Source of the DNA: an uncultured virus (IMG/VR IMGVR_UViG_3300009060_000024)
Taxonomy: Duplodnaviria; Heunggongvirae; Uroviricota; Caudoviricetes
IMG/VR virus record: IMGVR_UViG_3300009060_000024
DNA length: 20,000 nucleotides
Reading direction: 5' to 3' (one strand)
This document shows, piece by piece, positions 16,301 through 20,000 of the stretch (the first letter of the stretch is position 1; every line of letters starts with the position of its first letter). The notes below the pieces were generated by a model, which did no database searches, had not been told where the DNA came from, and was given only the letters and a program-made list of their open reading frames with translations. The translations under genes were made by a program, and so were the position numbers.

Positions 16301-16819
16301 TCACTCGTCGTACTTTACTGTATTATTACAGTCTGGGTAACGAGTGCATCCATAGAACTTCCCATATTCACCCTCTCTGATAACCATAACAGATCCGCAT
16401 TCATCACAAACCTTGAGGCCTCCACTACCCTTCTCCATCACGTTGTCAATCTTGTTCGAGAGATTCTTTCTCCAAGTAGCTATACGAAGAGTTTTTGTAT
16501 CTCCGATAAGCTTCTTCATGTTAGGCCTGTAGAAGGCAACGAGCCGTATCGCATCAGCCCCCTTCGATCTAGCCTTATCAGTTCGAGTGTCAATAGTAGT
16601 GAAGCAAGTGAGTGTGACATCACTGTTTCCAGGTACAAAATCTCTGGTAGAGAAAACATATTCCATGGACGGTTTGATCTCACTGTCTATATACCATTCT
16701 TCAGGTCTTTCTCTGAAGAATTTGTCGAAGTCGTCAAAAACTGGTTGGACGTAGTTGCTCGTGTTTTGTTCGATTCTTTGCTCGGCAAGGTCGTCCTCGG
16801 TGAGGTCTTTAAGTCCCAT
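16301..16819 (-). CDS. Protein with C-terminal topoisomerase-type C4 zinc ribbon
   Basis: CDECGSVMVIREGEYGKFYGCTRYPDC. Confidence 0.85.
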   Translation of the reverse strand: MGLKDLTEDDLAEQRIEQNTSNYVQPVFDDFDKFFRERPEEWYIDSEIKPSMEYVFSTRDFVPGNSDVTLTCFTTIDTRTDKARSKGADAIRLVAFYRPNMKKLIGDTKTLRIATWRKNLSNKIDNVMEKGSGGLKVCDECGSVMVIREGEYGKFYGCTRYPDCNNTVKYDE

Positions 16820-16821
16820 AT

Positions 16822-17085
16822 TTATGGGTTTAGATATTGGTCAGCCTCTTCATCTGTCATTATACTACATTCTACCATTGTATTAACTATACGCTCTTGG
16901 GCATTAAGTATTTCTTCATTCTCAGGAGGTACAGTTACCAAAGTGCCACAGTTGACACACATTGACGCCATTTGCCATGTGCCGGAATCGGTACTGTCTG
17001 TTATAACAACAGATGGAACCATTCCAACTGTAGCATGTTTGGTGTCATCCACACAGTATTGACAGTGGTGGGTTTTTGTTCTCAT
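16822..17085 (-). CDS. Small Zn-finger protein
   Basis: HCQYC...CVNCG. Confidence 0.7.
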   Translation of the reverse strand: MRTKTHHCQYCVDDTKHATVGMVPSVVITDSTDSGTWQMASMCVNCGTLVTVPPENEEILNAQERIVNTMVECSIMTDEEADQYLNP

Positions 17086-17189
17086 TAATCGTGGTGCGTC
17101 TTCATGTGCTGCTCGTACTCCTCATGTGTATCACCTGAGAAGCCGCACAGTACACATTCTGTTGGGTAAAAGTGATCTATGCTATCCAT
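17085..17189 (-). CDS. 34-aa C2H2 zinc-finger microprotein (not in ORF track)
   Basis: MDSIDHFYPTECVLCGFSGDTHEEYEQHMKTHHD; TAATG overlap with the next gene. Confidence 0.7.
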   Translation of the reverse strand: MDSIDHFYPTECVLCGFSGDTHEEYEQHMKTHHD

Positions 17190-17230
17190 TGTTGCAGAGT
17201 ATGTGTTTTATGTGGGTACTCAGCCACTAA

Positions 17231-17304
17231 CGGGCCAGGAGGGATTTGAACCCCCGATTATCTGATTAAAAGTCAGTCCCTTTGCCGGGCTAAGGTACTG
17301 GCCC
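17231..17304 (-). tRNA. tRNA-Lys(TTT)
   Basis: GGGCCAG/CTGGCCC acceptor, G73; loop CTTTTAA. Confidence 0.92.
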
Positions 17305-17310
17305 AAAAAA

Positions 17311-17742
17311 TTATGAGTCCAGCTCTTTCCTTATCTGTGCCGCCGTATGGTGGACACAGAAGTCTTCTCCTTCTATTTCTACACCAGACGAGGTGCAGTC
17401 TTTACCGCATATGTAACAAGTTGTCTTTGGTCTGAACCCATCATCTAGTGAATCTGGGTTTGTGGTAGCGGCTTGATGAACTATCTTGTACCGCTTGTGT
17501 GCAGGGAGATTACTCGTAACCTCTCCAACAGTATATCTTGTGTGATCAATGATAAACTGTTTTACCTGCTCCCACATTTCCTCATCGAAGTATTTGACCT
17601 TATCGTTTGGGCCAGTTACCTTCTTGTAGTAATCAGGTTCTGAGTTCTTGTTACTGGTGCGTTTTCTGCCAGAAGAACTTTTGGATTTTGATCTGGACTT
17701 GTCTTTATCTACTCCTTCAGGGAGTAATTCGTCAAGTCCCAT
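17311..17742 (-). CDS. Hypothetical protein with C-terminal Cys/His motif
   Basis: CYICG...FCVHH; basic Ser-rich N-terminal region. Confidence 0.75.
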   Translation of the reverse strand: MGLDELLPEGVDKDKSRSKSKSSSGRKRTSNKNSEPDYYKKVTGPNDKVKYFDEEMWEQVKQFIIDHTRYTVGEVTSNLPAHKRYKIVHQAATTNPDSLDDGFRPKTTCYICGKDCTSSGVEIEGEDFCVHHTAAQIRKELDS

Positions 17743-17778
17743 TAGCTATTCCTCCAATGAAGGAGGGCCTGAAACGTT

Positions 17779-18068
17779 TTACTCGTCGTCGGGGCCGAGG
17801 GTGTTGAAGAGATCGCGGAGCGGCTCGTAGTTGTTCCGCTTCTCTGCCTCCACAACCGCGTGGAGGAACTTACCGACCGGGACGTTGATGTTCTGACCGA
17901 GCATGTTACGAAGTTCCTGCGCCGAATCGTAGAACTCCTGCTCGTGGCGGTGTTCCGTACCATCAGGGATCTCGTCTGCCGCATTACGCGGATTCCAGAA
18001 CTTGATGTGGGTACTCTTACCGCCGCTAGACGACTCCTCGGACTCTGGGGTGAGGTCTCCAATTCCCA
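17779..18068 (-). CDS. Hypothetical acidic protein (start MGIGDLTPES), visibly more GC-rich codons
   Basis: ATG follows a structured leader; the longer ORF start lies in the structured RNA. Confidence 0.7.
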
Positions 18069-18084
18069 TGGTTAATACACTCCA

Positions 18085-18242
18085 TTTGTAAGGCGATGAG
18101 TACTCGCCCCCCGTGTTTCCCCACTGGAACATCCCTCGTACCAGTCAGGCTCGCAGCCGATCAGGGTCCGGCTGAGTTCCAACACTGGGATCGAACCAGA
18201 TTTCGTCCTATTGGAAACCGCATGTCTACGTCCCCTCACAAA
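18085..18242 (-). ncRNA. Candidate promoter-driven structured RNA or leader containing a tRNA minihelix-like module
   Basis: Terminal helix TTTGTGAGG/CCTTACAAA; internal TTCCAAT/GTTGGAA stem with a TTCGATC T-loop arm; CAGCCGG/TCGGCTG and ACTGG/CCAGT hairpins. Confidence 0.55.
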
Positions 18243-18262
18243 CGTTAGTACGCACGGGGTTA

Positions 18263-18273
18263 CTATAAACCTT
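18263..18273 (-). promoter_or_regulatory. Putative BRE/TATA promoter (AAGGTTTATAG)
   Basis: Predicted start site near 18240, coinciding with the 5' strand of the terminal helix. Confidence 0.6.
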
Positions 18274-18349
18274 CCGTTTTACGTCCGCCTTTGTGAAAAC
18301 GCACTTTTCACGTAAGCGGGAGGTGGGCCATAACGAATATACGATGTGG

Positions 18350-18580
18350 CTACCTAACCTCTACCCCTTCGAGATGCTTGATTCGGTCCTTGAACACCCT
18401 CATTGGATTGCCCTTATATTTTGCCTTGTTCTTTGTTGACTCTACATATTTACGTACTGTGCTTTCAGATACTCCTACATTAGATGCAATGCTTCTTTTA
18501 CTTAGACCAACAGCGTGGAGTGCTACTATTTCAGCTACCTTTTGATCTGATATACTCTTAAAGTTACCATTATAAGTCAT
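18350..18580 (-). CDS. Helix-turn-helix DNA-binding protein (start MTYNGN)
   Basis: LHAVGLSKRSIASNVGVSESTVRKYV. Confidence 0.8.
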   Translation of the reverse strand: MTYNGNFKSISDQKVAEIVALHAVGLSKRSIASNVGVSESTVRKYVESTKNKAKYKGNPMRVFKDRIKHLEGVEVR

Positions 18581-19064
18581 GGTTGCCCTCCAACCATGAC
18601 CAATCAATTGGCGACGGTGACTCATCCCCCTCGTCAGCATATTGGTCAACATGCCTCTCAGCACGCTCTTTGGCATTCCCAACTCTCATATCAATATCAT
18701 CAAACATGGACATGCACTCATTGTACATCTCAATATTCTTTCCATACTGCTTACCTCTGAAGAACGCATACCCTTCATCATCTGGTATTTCATCATTTCT
18801 TATTGCAGATTTGCACATGTCCTCAGCTCTGTCATCTGGAGGGTAGCACATCATTCCATGAAAAGCTGTTGAGTAGCATAGCCAATCAATAAACTCAGAT
18901 GGGGACATAGACGCATCTTTAAGAACGTTGCATCTTATACCATCTAAACTGTTCCATTGACGTGCTATGTCTAGAGATCTCTGTATCTCTTCATCCCCCT
19001 CGATTTCTTCGTTTGAATCGAGACAATCTAATTTTATTTCTATCGTGAGTATATTATGCGTCAT
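18570..19064 (-). CDS. Hypothetical acidic protein
   Basis: 164-aa ORF with an upstream GGTGA element. Confidence 0.7.
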   Translation of the reverse strand: MTHNILTIEIKLDCLDSNEEIEGDEEIQRSLDIARQWNSLDGIRCNVLKDASMSPSEFIDWLCYSTAFHGMMCYPPDDRAEDMCKSAIRNDEIPDDEGYAFFRGKQYGKNIEMYNECMSMFDDIDMRVGNAKERAERHVDQYADEGDESPSPIDWSWLEGNHDL

Positions 19065-19085
19065 ATGTTCACCATCTTTACCTAA

Positions 19086-19158
19086 CGCTCACACAGGGAC
19101 TCGAACCCTGAATCATCTGCTTAGAAGGCAGACGCCTTATCCATTTGGCCATGTGAGC
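19086..19158 (-). tRNA. tRNA-Arg(TCT)
   Basis: GCTCACA/TGTGAGC acceptor; arm TCTGC-CTTCTAA-GCAGA. Confidence 0.95.
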
Positions 19159-19178
19159 AACCATAGATCAGTTATTGT

Positions 19179-19454
19179 TTATGCGTGCCATTGGTCTATC
19201 TCATCTTCTATCCCAATTTTAAGTATCTGAGATTTTGATAAGCTCTTTAGCACGCATCTACTGCACCAATCGTAATATCCAACAGGGAATACGCTTATAT
19301 CTTTTTCTATTTGTCTCCTAGCACATGTGTCGGAACTACATTTTATATCTCCAGAATCTGATTCAATGTGCATAACACTTCGAGATGGGTTTGCTGTTAT
19401 CTTAACCTTGCTAACCCCGAGGGTGTCGCGCATTTGATTCGTGTCTTTGATCAT
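19179..19454 (-). CDS. Hypothetical protein with His/Cys motif
   Basis: H...KC...WCSRC. Confidence 0.65.
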   Translation of the reverse strand: MIKDTNQMRDTLGVSKVKITANPSRSVMHIESDSGDIKCSSDTCARRQIEKDISVFPVGYYDWCSRCVLKSLSKSQILKIGIEDEIDQWHA

Positions 19455-19455
19455 G

Positions 19456-19686
19456 TTAAAACAACTTTTGTTCTATTACAGATCCAATTATATATGCAGT
19501 TAATAAGAACGCCATTGCTATTAAAGCATAAATGAAAAATGTTAACATGTGTGTGATTGCCATATATAAAACTAGCAAAAACAAAGACGAGATGCCAATA
19601 ACAATAAAACCAGCGAGAAACCTGATTATTATTGCATCTGTTCTTAACGCCCCATGACTCCGTTTGTCAGGTATCCATTTCACCAT
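19456..19686 (-). CDS. Small two-TM membrane protein (start MVKWIP)
   Basis: Two long hydrophobic helices; the longer ORF start lies in tRNA-Ala. Confidence 0.65.
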   Translation of the reverse strand: MVKWIPDKRSHGALRTDAIIIRFLAGFIVIGISSLFLLVLYMAITHMLTFFIYALIAMAFLLTAYIIGSVIEQKLF

Positions 19687-19693
19687 TCTTAAG

Positions 19694-19765
19694 TGGACTC
19701 GGTGGGGCTTGAACCCACAGCCTCTTGCTTGCAAAGCAAGCGATCTGCCATTGATCTACGAGCCC
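19694..19765 (-). tRNA. tRNA-Ala(TGC)
   Basis: GGGCTCG/CGAGTCC acceptor with G3:U70, A73; loop TTTGCAA. Confidence 0.96.
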
Positions 19766-19879
19766 TCTGGCACACATTCAGCACGTCTATGAATAACCGT
19801 TTGCAGAGGGAGTGCCACGCCCCCTGGGCCTATTAGACCCTGATCTTGACCATTGGTTTTCCAGATGCAATGGCCCTAA
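19766..19879 (-). ncRNA. Candidate structured RNA filling the tRNA-Gly/tRNA-Ala spacer
   Basis: Four consecutive hairpins and a TGGCAC/GTGCCA pseudoknot pairing; no credible ORF. Confidence 0.45.
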
Positions 19880-19950
19880 TGCACCAGCAGAGATTCGAAC
19901 TCTGGAAGCGAGCTTGGAAGGCTCGAATGATACCACTTCATCACTGGTGC
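19880..19950 (-). tRNA. tRNA-Gly(TCC)
   Basis: GCACCAG/CTGGTGC acceptor, A73; arm CGAGC-CTTCCAA-GCTCG. Confidence 0.95.
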
Positions 19951-20000
19951 TTAATGGTGGGTTAGGCCCACCAATCCTGTGACACTCAACCACGTCTGTA

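Noticed and set aside
16226..17062. 278-aa + strand ORF
   Set aside because: Lies antisense to two well-supported genes; S/V/I/L-rich shadow composition, not acidic like the real proteome

Overview
Segment of an AT-rich genome whose proteins are strongly acidic, most likely a tailed haloarchaeal virus. Apart from one + strand gene at the left end, everything is on the minus strand. The core is a replication/recombination module: PCNA, nucleoside 2-deoxyribosyltransferase-like protein, Cas4-like nuclease, Rad52/Sak-like annealing protein, a probable SSB, prim-pol, a divergent MCM-like ATPase, a Dam-type methyltransferase and a UvrD helicase. Around it lie 12 canonical tRNA genes (10 with U34 anticodons) and many small Zn-finger proteins. 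The main unexplained signals are: (i) a set of non-canonical RNAs, namely a 113-nt tRNA mimic with a branched domain in place of the anticodon arm, two acceptor+T-arm minihelices, a covarying CCUAA hairpin directly upstream of two tRNAs 18 kb apart, and highly structured inter-tRNA spacers; (ii) short terminal motifs (G-[LVI]-x-[DEA]-[LI] and [GD]FL[SG]D[VI]) shared by more than a dozen unrelated proteins; (iii) an origin-like region with a GCGAAGC DNA hairpin. All RNA structures were folded by eye and all family calls rest on motif recognition, not database searches.
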